Assembly: GCA_048213135.1 (NCBI GenBank)
Contig: PS015010.1
Location: forward strand, 1,984,001-2,048,000
Reading direction: 5' to 3'
Source of the DNA: Reclinomonas americana ATCC 50394
Taxonomy: Eukaryota
Length of the DNA stretch: 64,000 nt
Both the position numbers and the translations under genes were made by a program. The first letter of the stretch is position 1. The number at the start of each line of letters is the position of its first letter. Positions 1 to 9,866 of this stretch are shown here, piece by piece. The notes under the pieces are model-generated. The model did no database searches. It was given only the letters and a program-made list of their open reading frames with translations, and was not told the origin of the DNA.

Positions 1-520
1 AAATATGGTTGGGGTTACCGGGCCTTACTGCAAGGCAGGCATAGTTTTCATAACGACGGCTTACGGAATCGAATACGGGTGCTGTTGCTGCCTGCCAGTT
101 GGAACCACCATTGCCCGAGATATACAGGGTTTTGTCTGAAGGCGCACCATTCGTTAGTGTTCCGGCATAGAATTTATTGGCGATGGTTGGATGTTTGAAA
201 AGGCAGGATATTTTCCTCCCTCCCAAACCCGCCCTGGACCATTGTTTGGTGGCCAGTTCGTTTTTCCAGACACCGTCGCTGGTGGCTACATACACAAAGC
301 CATTGTTGTAAACAGCCGACTGGAATTCAGATTCGCTCCTGGAAGAACTCAACGTCGCGGGAATAAATCCCTGGTCGATAAAAGTGCCGCCTGCCGCTGC
401 TGCGGTTACGGAAGTTCGCATTGGTTTGCCTTCTGCTGTGGCCGGGTCGGTTTTTTCATTACAGCTGATCAATGCAGCCGGGGATAGAAAAGCGAGTGCG
501 ACAAATAGATTTCTTTTCAT
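1..520 (-). CDS. Lipoprotein with BNR/Asp-box-like beta-propeller (3'-truncated by window edge)
   Basis: Not in the ORF track; read manually from ATG at 520: MKRNLFVALAFLSPAALISC-NEK... (lipobox-like Cys20), VYVATSDGVWK, LYISGNGGSNW (Asp-box-like). Open to the window edge. Confidence 0.75.
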   Translation of the reverse strand, partial: MKRNLFVALAFLSPAALISCNEKTDPATAEGKPMRTSVTAAAAGGTFIDQGFIPATLSSSRSESEFQSAVYNNGFVYVATSDGVWKNELATKQWSRAGLGGRKISCLFKHPTIANKFYAGTLTNGAPSDKTLYISGNGGSNWQAATAPVFDSVSRRYENYACLAVRPGNPNHI

Positions 521-595
521 AAGTACTTACAATTTTTACAAAGGAGATCTTCATGATCTTCCCGCGCAAATATTTGGCTTTAAGTACTGTGATGT

Positions 596-618
596 TATCC
601 CGCAAAGACGTGATTTTT
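596..618 (-). promoter_or_regulatory. Putative regulator binding site (ATCCC-N8-GTGAT), copy 1
   Basis: TATCCCGCAAAGACGTGATTTTT, 21/23 identical to 11640-11662. Both copies start 30 nt from GCAAATAT (minus-strand -7-like ATATTTGC). Confidence 0.6.
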
Positions 619-973
619 ATTTTACTCCCGGATCCAATTGCAAAAAGTCCCCGTCGATGATCAGCAACTTAACTCCTTCTTCCGTGAAAGAACGATGCGA
701 ACTGAGGTCGTCACTTACTACGTAACTCATGCCCGCAGATAGCTGAAAAACTTCACCTGTTTGCAATTCGCTGCTGAATGCGCCTTCGAGGCAATGGACA
801 ATATGCCCTTTTTCGCACCAGTGGTTGGCCAGGTAGCCTTTACTGTATTCCACAATCCGTATCCGCAGGCCCGGGTGCTGTATCGTTCGCCACAGGGCCA
901 TACCGGTATCGCCTTTATGCTCTGTAGTTGCTATTGTATTCCAGTCGATCGCCTGGAAGGGGATATTGCTCAT
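617..973 (-). CDS. DHCW-motif cupin-fold protein
   Basis: MSNIPFQAIDW...YLANHWCEKGHIVHCLEG...SHRSFTEEGVKLLIIDG. Start moved to Met at 973. Confidence 0.8.
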   Translation of the reverse strand: MSNIPFQAIDWNTIATTEHKGDTGMALWRTIQHPGLRIRIVEYSKGYLANHWCEKGHIVHCLEGAFSSELQTGEVFQLSAGMSYVVSDDLSSHRSFTEEGVKLLIIDGDFLQLDPGVK

Positions 974-1090
974 GTTGCTTTCTTCTGAATATTTACCAAA
1001 CATACAAAAAGATGGCAGCCTTTCCGGCACTGCCACCCTGTTAACCACCCAATTGTAAACCATGCTCAGTGATATCATACACAGTTTTTA

Positions 1091-1125
1091 AAAAATGGTG
1101 GCAGCTTTGGGTATCTGCTGCCACC
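1091..1125 (-). terminator. Rho-independent terminator after the RHS gene
   Basis: 9-bp stem GGTGGCAGC/GCTGCCACC (1097-1125) followed on the minus strand by ATTTTT. Confidence 0.65.
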
Positions 1126-1182
1126 CTCGATTCCTGTTCTGGAAAGAAAGCAATCGGCCCTGCTTATGAGAAGATGATCGTT

Positions 1183-4100
1183 CTATTTATGCAACCACGA
1201 GCCAAATTTGCTGAGTAGTTTTTTGGCCTTTTCCTCCTGTTCCTGTTTTGCCTTTTGTTCCTGGGCTGCTTTTGCCGCCTGGGATCGCTGGTACAGAACT
1301 GAGTTGTTCTTATTGACAATAATTCCGCGGGATTTTATCACTCCTTCGGCCTGTTTTGAATTGTACACTTTTTTCTGCCCGAATGTATTCGTGGTAGTGA
1401 CCCTGACATGATAGATCGCTATTGAAGTGCCGCTGCCGCCCGATATTGTACCGCTCCCCCCCTGTTCATCCTCAGCTCCTTCTTCGCCACCCATATCTCC
1501 GCTTGGTGCTTTATCTGTAGCTACAGATACTTTTATTGAACTTTTAGATGAGGTCTTTGATCTCCAGTTGACATCACTTCTTATATCCGCCTTGGTATTG
1601 TCAGGGCTTTGTGTTTCATCTACGATCTCATCGATTATGATCTCAACTTCGGCATGAAATTCAGAGTTATTCAGAAAATCGTCGAATTCGGCGCTCAGCT
1701 GGGTTGGCAATGAACCGCCTCCCATGAATTGCTTCAATATCTTGTCTCTCCAACCCCTGCGCCGGCCGTCGGTACTTTCAAAATCCGATGCCGATTTTCC
1801 ACCGACAGATTTTGGCTTACCCCCTTCATTATAAGTAAAAGAAGTTGCATCCTTAACTATCGATTCGATGAACATTACGATCCCAGATGCATCCAGGGTC
1901 TCATTTGTTACGGGGTCGGTTTGTGGCACAAGTTGTTCATTGTCTGCCAGCTTTCGTTCGCCGGGAACCATACCGTCATAGTCAACAAAGCGTACGGGAT
2001 TATTGAAAGCATAGGCATAAGGAGACCAGCGACGCATTTGTTCGCTCTTCGGGTCCAGTACATGCCAGCGGCCTATTTGCGGATCATACAATCTTGCTCC
2101 GTAATCATACCATTCAAGACCGGAACCATCACTGAATTCTTTATTCTGCAATTCCTTCCCGTTGTACCTGAACTTATTTTCTTTCTTAAGTGCCGCCTTA
2201 CTGCTGATCGCTGCCAGCGTTCCACCAAAAGGATAATAATGTGTTTCTTCCAGCAACGGACCAGACTGGTGATTTACGACCAGGTTGTCGAAATAAACAT
2301 TCATCGGACTTTCATTGCTCAGGTAGATATACAGGTAACCGTTTTTCTGCATCCGCTGAAAAGGAACGGTAATGTCTGCCAGTGCGTCGGAAGTGCTCAC
2401 CTGCCGCACGAGACTGTTACCCGGTACCATATCGAACTGTTCATCAAACAGGATAAAATTCAGGTAAGCTTTGGGCTTGCCGGGATTGTTCTGCCCGGTA
2501 TTGTCCTTCAGCATATTGATGATGGAAGGAATAAAACCCGGTGTAAAAACCTGCCCATTGATCTGCCCGGCAGTTTCTTTATTCCCGGGGATAGCCGGGT
2601 TACCAGTTCCTCCGAATGCGTTCAGCACCTGGTTCAGCAGGTTATTCTGGTTACTGCTGGTATTCTGGCCTTCGAGCTTATAAAAGTATTTCGTTTGTAC
2701 ACTTATCGTATCCCCTGACATTACTTTCAGCAATAAAGCGGGACCAACCTTGACCTGGCCATCCGTGCCATTTAATTTGCTGACATAATCGTTGGGAGAA
2801 GTGGTATTGTCTGCCGGGTAGCCGCCGATCGTGTTTTTAGGAAAACGTGTATTATCGATATTGGCGAACAGCGCATTTTCCTTTACTGAACTTACAGACT
2901 CCATGGTAGCTGCATATATAGCGGTATCTTTCTGTTCTGTCAATATCGCCCGCGTACTTCCAAGATTATCTTTGATGAAATAGTCGTATACAAGCTGATT
3001 GGTTGAATCTTTACGGCGAATTTTCCCATTCTCCGTCAGTATGTGCTGAAGTGTATCGTTTTCATATACAAAACCCGAGATGTAATCCGTGGTGATGATT
3101 CTCACCGGGTTAGCTGTACTGTCTACGACTTTTTTACGCAACTTCTTCCCGGTAGCATCGTACATATAAGTAATGATACCCTTCCCTGATACATACACCT
3201 GCTCCGGTAATGAAAGATGATTGTAAATGATCCCCTGGTAAGGCCCCCTGACAATTCCTTTATTCAGATCACGGGTCAGGTTTCCGTTGCCATCATAACT
3301 ATAGTCGTCGGTTGTGGAAGCATTCCCATCCAGGAAATCTCCTGCACGACTTAAAGGATCGTTTGCAGAATCTGTTACTGCCTTTATTTTGTTGCTGTTC
3401 GGAAAGTAGTCGTAACGTAAGGCATCCATATTGGTGATGCTGGCAACTTTAACACCTTTTTGCCGCATACCCAGCATATTGCCATTCGCATCATAAGAAA
3501 GGTTCTGAACACTGAAATCCATTTTATCTTTTGACCAACCGGATGCGCCTTCATTTTGCTGGTTGAAATCAGCCGATACCAGGCGACTCGAGTGGTCATA
3601 TCCATAACCATACGCCCTTCTGATGCCATCGCCTGCACTTTTCCATTGCTGCCCGGATAAATTGCCGTCGAACTGGTTCACAGAAAAACCATAGTCATAA
3701 CTGATCACCTGGCCGAAGAAATGATTGCTTTGCGAACCATTCACGTAGTTCTCATTGATCCCTGATACCCAGCCCCGGATGTTATAATTATAGTCCGTTG
3801 ATTCAATATTATTACCTGTCACCTGAGTTTTGATCTTACCTGCTTCATTGTATGTCGTCTGCAGGATTGTTTTTTCCGGGGTATTGTCGATTTTTTTGAC
3901 CAGCTTTAAAGCCCTCCCTTCGTGATCGAATTCATTTTTTGTAAGTAAGGTATGGGCCTGCGGGTTTGAATTTCCTTTGTAATGTTTCAGGTGTGTTCTC
4001 AGCACTTTACCTGAGAAGTCGTACTGCGTGGTATTGATCTCTGCCCCTCCTTTGTGGTTGGTAGATTGAACCTGAATAACATTATTATTCTCATCATAAA

Positions 4101-5553
4101 TATTGAGTGTATACAGGTAATTCTGGCTTCCCACTATATTCGTTCTTCCACCGGTCACCTGCCCTTTAGTCAGGTAACTGGCTGTCAGCGGCCTCGCAAA
4201 AAAAGGCGCCTGGTTACCATTCATGATGAAGTTAGCGGCATTGATATTTGACATATCCAGGTTCTTGCTTATTCCTGCAATCCCGTTCGCCCATTCATAG
4301 TTATCATAAAAAACTTCATTCAGGACTACATATGTGCCGGATAACAATACAGGATAAGCCACACTCGTTTTTGCAGCAAGCGTATGGCTGGCAAAACTGC
4401 CATTGTTTGTCCAGATGCCGTTTTGAACAAGCCGGTTGTACTCATCGTATTTGTTGTACAACCATTTTCCCTGGAAACGCTGCACAGAATCCTGTGTCAG
4501 CACTGCCCTGCCTCTTGCATCGTACACTGACAAAAAATCGCCTGCACCGGGAATCCTTTTCCTTACCACCCGGCCATGGCTGTCGTAATAATAGCTGAAG
4601 CAGAGTTCGTTAACGATCGAAGCCGGTAATGTCTTTTTGGGAGTTGTTAACCCGGCAGCATATTCAACTGCCCGAGGGGAAAGCACAAATCTCAGGTTAT
4701 TAAAAACATCATACACATAATAAGTGCACAGCCAGCCGGTACATCCCGCAGAAGGATTAGCTGCAGATTGTATCTTTTTCAATACGAGCATGTTCTCCTT
4801 GTTCTTGTATTCGACCGACATTTTCCCATTCTCACTTTCAGTAATGGTCTTCGTAAGTACACCGGGAGAAAAACAGGCGTCCGTGTATGGCAAAGCAGTC
4901 GTTGCATCAATAAGCCATTCCCTGACTGAATCAGCATTTGCATTTGATCCATACCTGGTTATTTTGCCGCGATTACTGCCGGCCCACGAATTACCGGCAT
5001 CCAATTGCCTGGTAATCCTTTTCAACGGAGAGTTCTCGATCTCCTCTTTTGAATAAATGAATTGTTCGGCCGGGAATTGCCCTTTATTGAAAACAGAGTC
5101 TTCCTGAAATGCGTTATACTTAAACCCACCGTCATTGGTATTATCGCCGGGAATCAATGAAAGAGAGGCAAAGGGCAGATAGCTGTATTCTTCCCCGTTC
5201 ATTTCATTAAATATCTTGGGGACAACCATATCCTTTTTCCCGGGAGTAGTTTGCCGCGATACACTCTGGATAGGTCTTCCCAATCCATCGGCATAATTGG
5301 TAACTACACCCACTTCTTCAACAGATTTCAGAACAAGGGCGGCCGCCTCCTTTTCCGGCCCCTTTGCCAGCCATGTTCGTACATAGTTCAGTTTCGCATC
5401 CGCCTTATATGCAGCAGGCAGCCTTTGCGGTGTGATCACAGGAGCCGGCACGCCGCCGTTCACCGGCACATTACTTTGCGCACACAATGACGATGCGGAA
5501 AACAAAGTGGCGGCGGTCACCACGCATTGAATCAGTTTGATTATTTTTCGCAT
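1183..5553 (-). CDS. RHS repeat-associated core protein (DUF6443-like N-terminus, polymorphic C-terminus)
   Basis: Signal peptide MRKIIK...SLCA-Q; YADGLGRPIQ; YD repeats; core motifs HYYPFG, YNGKELQ, YDYGARLYDPQIGRW, YAYAFNNPVRFVDYDG. Confidence 0.93.
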   Translation of the reverse strand: MRKIIKLIQCVVTAATLFSASSLCAQSNVPVNGGVPAPVITPQRLPAAYKADAKLNYVRTWLAKGPEKEAAALVLKSVEEVGVVTNYADGLGRPIQSVSRQTTPGKKDMVVPKIFNEMNGEEYSYLPFASLSLIPGDNTNDGGFKYNAFQEDSVFNKGQFPAEQFIYSKEEIENSPLKRITRQLDAGNSWAGSNRGKITRYGSNANADSVREWLIDATTALPYTDACFSPGVLTKTITESENGKMSVEYKNKENMLVLKKIQSAANPSAGCTGWLCTYYVYDVFNNLRFVLSPRAVEYAAGLTTPKKTLPASIVNELCFSYYYDSHGRVVRKRIPGAGDFLSVYDARGRAVLTQDSVQRFQGKWLYNKYDEYNRLVQNGIWTNNGSFASHTLAAKTSVAYPVLLSGTYVVLNEVFYDNYEWANGIAGISKNLDMSNINAANFIMNGNQAPFFARPLTASYLTKGQVTGGRTNIVGSQNYLYTLNIYDENNNVIQVQSTNHKGGAEINTTQYDFSGKVLRTHLKHYKGNSNPQAHTLLTKNEFDHEGRALKLVKKIDNTPEKTILQTTYNEAGKIKTQVTGNNIESTDYNYNIRGWVSGINENYVNGSQSNHFFGQVISYDYGFSVNQFDGNLSGQQWKSAGDGIRRAYGYGYDHSSRLVSADFNQQNEGASGWSKDKMDFSVQNLSYDANGNMLGMRQKGVKVASITNMDALRYDYFPNSNKIKAVTDSANDPLSRAGDFLDGNASTTDDYSYDGNGNLTRDLNKGIVRGPYQGIIYNHLSLPEQVYVSGKGIITYMYDATGKKLRKKVVDSTANPVRIITTDYISGFVYENDTLQHILTENGKIRRKDSTNQLVYDYFIKDNLGSTRAILTEQKDTAIYAATMESVSSVKENALFANIDNTRFPKNTIGGYPADNTTSPNDYVSKLNGTDGQVKVGPALLLKVMSGDTISVQTKYFYKLEGQNTSSNQNNLLNQVLNAFGGTGNPAIPGNKETAGQINGQVFTPGFIPSIINMLKDNTGQNNPGKPKAYLNFILFDEQFDMVPGNSLVRQVSTSDALADITVPFQRMQKNGYLYIYLSNESPMNVYFDNLVVNHQSGPLLEETHYYPFGGTLAAISSKAALKKENKFRYNGKELQNKEFSDGSGLEWYDYGARLYDPQIGRWHVLDPKSEQMRRWSPYAYAFNNPVRFVDYDGMVPGERKLADNEQLVPQTDPVTNETLDASGIVMFIESIVKDATSFTYNEGGKPKSVGGKSASDFESTDGRRRGWRDKILKQFMGGGSLPTQLSAEFDDFLNNSEFHAEVEIIIDEIVDETQSPDNTKADIRSDVNWRSKTSSKSSIKVSVATDKAPSGDMGGEEGAEDEQGGSGTISGGSGTSIAIYHVRVTTTNTFGQKKVYNSKQAEGVIKSRGIIVNKNNSVLYQRSQAAKAAQEQKAKQEQEEKAKKLLSKFGSWLHK

Positions 5554-5574
5554 AAAATTATTTTTTATGACCGG

Positions 5575-5608
5575 CATGGAGCAACACCTCTCCCGGCATT
5601 GCTCCATG
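5575..5608. other. Intergenic stem-loop between YD and RHS genes
   Basis: 10-bp perfect inverted repeat CATGGAGCAA/TTGCTCCATG. Confidence 0.5.
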
Positions 5609-5627
5609 GCAGTCTGTTAATTGAATA

Positions 5628-8600
5628 TTACTGGGGTATGGTACAACCCGGAATTTTTACAGATTTCCTGAAGTTGCCGCTGTTCGGACCGCAATCCCAT
5701 TCATAATGATAAATGGTGATCCTGTAACAACCCTCATCATAAGGAGGTTCTTCCACCTTCCGGCCCAGTACACACACATTATTGATCTTTCGGTATCCCT
5801 CTCCTGTACATGCAGGAGTTACAGGACAGATCGTGGTATTGGTACCGATGATACCGGTAAGCCTGGTTTGATTATAAGTAGGGCTATAAGGGTTTTTATC
5901 TTTCTCAATATTCTTATACTGCCCCGTACGGTTTCCACAGGCGTCGGATACACATTCCCACCCGTAGTACTGCCAATCCGGAGTTATGGGGCATGCTGCA
6001 GCATCTATACCCATTCTCACCCACCTGAACTGGTTGTAGGTTGGGCTGTATAAACTGGTGTCCACCTGCTTTTTCAATCGGTACCCGGTATTGTAAATAT
6101 TACCGGCGCCAATATCCATTCCTGTTTCACAACGCATTTCACCAGGGAAGACATCCTTCCATCCCGGCGCTGTACTGCGCTCCTGTTTGCGGTATTGATA
6201 GTCGATGAGCTGCAGGATATTACCGTCCTGGTCACGTAAGGCCTTCAGCCTGTTCATCACATCGTATTCATAATAAGCGATGATGTTATCGGCCGAATTC
6301 CTGCTCAGTATGCCGGTACCCACCTCGTAAGTATAAGTTACCATTTCCGCTTTTTCAGGATACAGGCGCAGCTCATCTATCAGCCCGTAACCGGAAACGG
6401 TTACAGAAGTGGTTGCCGTACCCGTTATATGCTCGTAATAGGTCCAGCCCCTGTCATTCGTTTTTCCTGCAACGGCTGGTATCCCGTTCACGTTGTAAGC
6501 CCCGTTCTTCGACCAGTAGGAGACAATATATTTATTGCCCGCGCTAAGCCCGTTTTTACTGATGCTTCCATTGACTAACTGGTAGGCATACCTGCCGGTG
6601 AGTACATCGGAGGAAGTGCGTACATATGCCGACCCCGAACCAATGTACCAGCCCCCATCGATATTGCTGAAGCTTTCAAAACTGGTAAAGGCGATATTAT
6701 TGCTGGTGGCATTACTTACTTCCGCAGCGGGGTTACCGGTAAGATCGTCCCATACATAGCTGTAAGGCAAGTCGTTGCTCCTGCGTTGCTGCCTGACATT
6801 GCCATACAGGTCGTACTGTTCAATGTCATACTTTCTTTCCATGGGCTCCGTACCATTTTGTATCGACATCCCGGACATGGCCGTTTGGTTATGGCCGAAT
6901 GCGTCGAAATTTTTGTAATGGTTACGGATGCGGATGGTATTGATTCCCTGGCGCTGCTTCTGCTCTTCCAGCACTGCTGCCGTCATACCGATCGATTTCA
7001 TGTTGCCGATCGCTTCCAGCTCTTCGGGTGTAAGTCCCTGCATGCTGCCTTCATCACCGGGATATTTGTACAGCACAACGCTGCTGTCTTTATCTGTCGC
7101 ATTATTTTTCACCACAATCCTTTTTGCAAGCTGCAGGCTGTTATCATATTCATATCCTTTTTCAATAGTAAAACCATCCTGCATATGAATTTCTCTGCTA
7201 ATCCTCGGGAACCCCAGGATGAGCCTGTTATTGGAGATGGCGAAGAAATCATTAATACCATCGTTATCAACGTCCATATAAGAGTTGTCGCGGCATACAG
7301 AGGCACCATTGGGGTTAGGGCATGGGCAATCGACAAGTCCTTTACTGGCTTTTACAGAGAGCAGGGCTTCCTCTTTAAATGCATACTCAAAACTGTCTTT
7401 CTTCACTACCTGCCCGTCGCTGTTGTAATAATTCTCACTCAATACCAGGCCTGTCTTGTACGCGTAAGACTCCGGTGACCCGAAAGGCTTGACGGCGTTG
7501 ATCAGGTCGGGATAGAGAACAGGGGAAGTATAATTCGTTACGATCTTCCCGTTGGGCTGGCCTTTGTATACTTCCCAGTCGGTTACCTGCTGGTAGCCTA
7601 CGGGGCTGCCCGAGGTTTCACCAAGTATGACCTGGCTTGAGCCTACAATCGTTCGGTTAAGACAGGCCACTTCATTCGTGGAATTGGGATAGGTATGTAT
7701 GGGGTAACTGTTATAAATGTATTTAGGCTCAGCATAAATAACACCGCTGGACACGTTGTGACCGTTGCGCTGCATGTTATAATCATACCTTCTGATCTTA
7801 GTCACATTCCCTATGGAATCATGATCACTGACCTGCTTCACCCGCAGCCCTCCCATTTTCTTCCGGATAACTTTTTCCGAACTATTGTAAGTGAACGACA
7901 CATTGAAAGTAACGTTGTCGGGTAATTTTACACCGGGTATACTATCCTTCTGGAAAGGCCTGGTGGTAGCTTTCGCTTCCAGCTTATAGGTACCCGGCTG
8001 CAAGGTCTTCGGAAAAGTGCCCTGCGTATTATTGATGCCCAGCTTATAGCTGAACACTTCGCTGTAATTGTTCTGTGCCGGGTTAAACTGGAAAAGCGAC
8101 ACAACGGGAAAATTCAGGATTCCCGGTCCGCAGAATACTCCACCATCGGGATTGGAATTACACGGCGCCAGAAAAGCATTATACTCAAAAGTCGCATCAC
8201 ACACAGCACTCACAGAGAACACTTTCGAAACGATATTGTAATCAGGACTCGTGAACCCCTGACCGGATGAATAAACAGAGTGGGTTGTATCCCTTACAAA
8301 ATAGAGGTCTTTATCCTCAAGCGCTTCATTTTGTAAAAAGCTGTATTCGTTCTGTTCATAGTCCAGTTGCGTAGTGCCACCAGTCGGGTAAGTGATCTTT
8401 TCCAGCACCTGCGCCTTTGTTTTAATGAAGTCCGGGTCCCTGTCTGATCCACCGTTCAGGTTCACGTAGTTCCAGCCTGGTACATTCACTTCAGCATAGG
8501 ATGGAAGCAATGTTCCGCCATTATTGAAATAACCCCAGTGATCGATATTTTCCCTTCCCGCGATCCTGTCGGGCAACGATACCGTGTTATATGCAAATTC

Positions 8601-9821
8601 ATAGGGCGGTACGGGCATGCTTTCATCGTTCGCTATTTTCTGTACAGACTTCAGCATAAGGCGGTTGCCCTGGTAGAAGTATTTCAGTTCAGCTTTTTCA
8701 ATCCTTTTCATCCCCGATCCGGTATCCCGCGAAACAACAATAGCGTCGAGTGACCTGTCGTTGATGGTAGCGGGGAGATCGAGCCGCCTGTTGTTATAAA
8801 TAAAATCAATGTAAATGCGGCTCTCGGGTATTGTTATCTGTTTTAGTTTTTTGCCTTTAATATAGGTACGGCTCCTGCTATTGCTTAGCTGCACATGCGT
8901 CGATGTATTTGGGAACGCAAGGATGCAGTTGCTGCCCGACCATGCGGTATGCGTTTCCGTATTGGTTTTGATGGTCTCGTAATCGGTGTTGTAATCGTCA
9001 TAGGCAAAATGTACCTCCCCTCTGCTGAACCCGTTAACACTGCTGATGTCTGTCAGGAACCAGCTGGAAGTATACTCTTCCACGGGCATTATCAGCGGAT
9101 TACAAGGATCCGTTTCGTGCGGGATCTTTTCTGTTCTTGTTCTTTCAAGTGCGGCAAAAGTGTACTTTAACCCGTCGGGCGTAACAATTTGCCATTCTGA
9201 TATACCGCCGTTGGCAAACCGGTAATTCACTTTCAGTGGCACGTCGCTGCTTACAACCAGCGGATCACCCGGGTTCGCGCTGCCCGTATCGCGGAATGAC
9301 ATCTTACCGGAATAACCATTAAAGGAAAAGTAGAATTCATCAGGCTCACCATCATACCGGCTGCCCGTAAGGCCGAGCAATACCGTCCACCCGTTAATGG
9401 TATTATTAAAAGGCGTTGCCAGGTTGTAAATATTGGTTTTCCACCCGGCCTGGTTGATCTTACCCCTGGGTGCATCGTCGGGGATGCCTTTTACTTTACG
9501 GGAGATCATACCCCCGGCATTCAGTTTCCAGCCCAGCCCCGTATAGCTGGCCACTTCATCCACTTTATTGCCCGAAGTATGATAGCTTAGCGAAATGGGT
9601 ACGCCGGTTGTTTTGCCGGCGGCATTCACCAGTGGAATGCTGATGTCGGCCGTGCCGGTATACTTGCTCACAGGAATATCCTGGAATTTGAACAGCATCG
9701 CTGCTTCCGGTGAAGCAGGTGCAAAATTAACTTTCAGACCACCCGGACCATCCTGCGCCACCAGCCCCTGCAAGGCTGTAAACAGCAGGATACTCATCAA
9801 TGGTATCACTTTTTTGAACAT
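5628..9821 (-). CDS. Secreted YD-repeat protein with SpvB/TcB-like N-terminus and Cys-rich C-terminal repeats
   Basis: Signal peptide; TGTADISIPL...ISLSYHTSG...GLGWKLNAGGMISRKVKGIPDD; DHWGYFN; LEKITYPTGG; GGLRVKQV; YEYDVMNRLKALRDQDGNI. Confidence 0.85.
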   Translation of the reverse strand: MFKKVIPLMSILLFTALQGLVAQDGPGGLKVNFAPASPEAAMLFKFQDIPVSKYTGTADISIPLVNAAGKTTGVPISLSYHTSGNKVDEVASYTGLGWKLNAGGMISRKVKGIPDDAPRGKINQAGWKTNIYNLATPFNNTINGWTVLLGLTGSRYDGEPDEFYFSFNGYSGKMSFRDTGSANPGDPLVVSSDVPLKVNYRFANGGISEWQIVTPDGLKYTFAALERTRTEKIPHETDPCNPLIMPVEEYTSSWFLTDISSVNGFSRGEVHFAYDDYNTDYETIKTNTETHTAWSGSNCILAFPNTSTHVQLSNSRSRTYIKGKKLKQITIPESRIYIDFIYNNRRLDLPATINDRSLDAIVVSRDTGSGMKRIEKAELKYFYQGNRLMLKSVQKIANDESMPVPPYEFAYNTVSLPDRIAGRENIDHWGYFNNGGTLLPSYAEVNVPGWNYVNLNGGSDRDPDFIKTKAQVLEKITYPTGGTTQLDYEQNEYSFLQNEALEDKDLYFVRDTTHSVYSSGQGFTSPDYNIVSKVFSVSAVCDATFEYNAFLAPCNSNPDGGVFCGPGILNFPVVSLFQFNPAQNNYSEVFSYKLGINNTQGTFPKTLQPGTYKLEAKATTRPFQKDSIPGVKLPDNVTFNVSFTYNSSEKVIRKKMGGLRVKQVSDHDSIGNVTKIRRYDYNMQRNGHNVSSGVIYAEPKYIYNSYPIHTYPNSTNEVACLNRTIVGSSQVILGETSGSPVGYQQVTDWEVYKGQPNGKIVTNYTSPVLYPDLINAVKPFGSPESYAYKTGLVLSENYYNSDGQVVKKDSFEYAFKEEALLSVKASKGLVDCPCPNPNGASVCRDNSYMDVDNDGINDFFAISNNRLILGFPRISREIHMQDGFTIEKGYEYDNSLQLAKRIVVKNNATDKDSSVVLYKYPGDEGSMQGLTPEELEAIGNMKSIGMTAAVLEEQKQRQGINTIRIRNHYKNFDAFGHNQTAMSGMSIQNGTEPMERKYDIEQYDLYGNVRQQRRSNDLPYSYVWDDLTGNPAAEVSNATSNNIAFTSFESFSNIDGGWYIGSGSAYVRTSSDVLTGRYAYQLVNGSISKNGLSAGNKYIVSYWSKNGAYNVNGIPAVAGKTNDRGWTYYEHITGTATTSVTVSGYGLIDELRLYPEKAEMVTYTYEVGTGILSRNSADNIIAYYEYDVMNRLKALRDQDGNILQLIDYQYRKQERSTAPGWKDVFPGEMRCETGMDIGAGNIYNTGYRLKKQVDTSLYSPTYNQFRWVRMGIDAAACPITPDWQYYGWECVSDACGNRTGQYKNIEKDKNPYSPTYNQTRLTGIIGTNTTICPVTPACTGEGYRKINNVCVLGRKVEEPPYDEGCYRITIYHYEWDCGPNSGNFRKSVKIPGCTIPQ

Positions 9822-9866
9822 ACGAATAGTGTATTTAAAATGTAGGATTACTAATGTTTACTATGA

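Noticed and set aside
1729-2718. 329-aa plus-strand ORF
   Set aside because: Antisense shadow of the RHS gene; no recognisable motifs.
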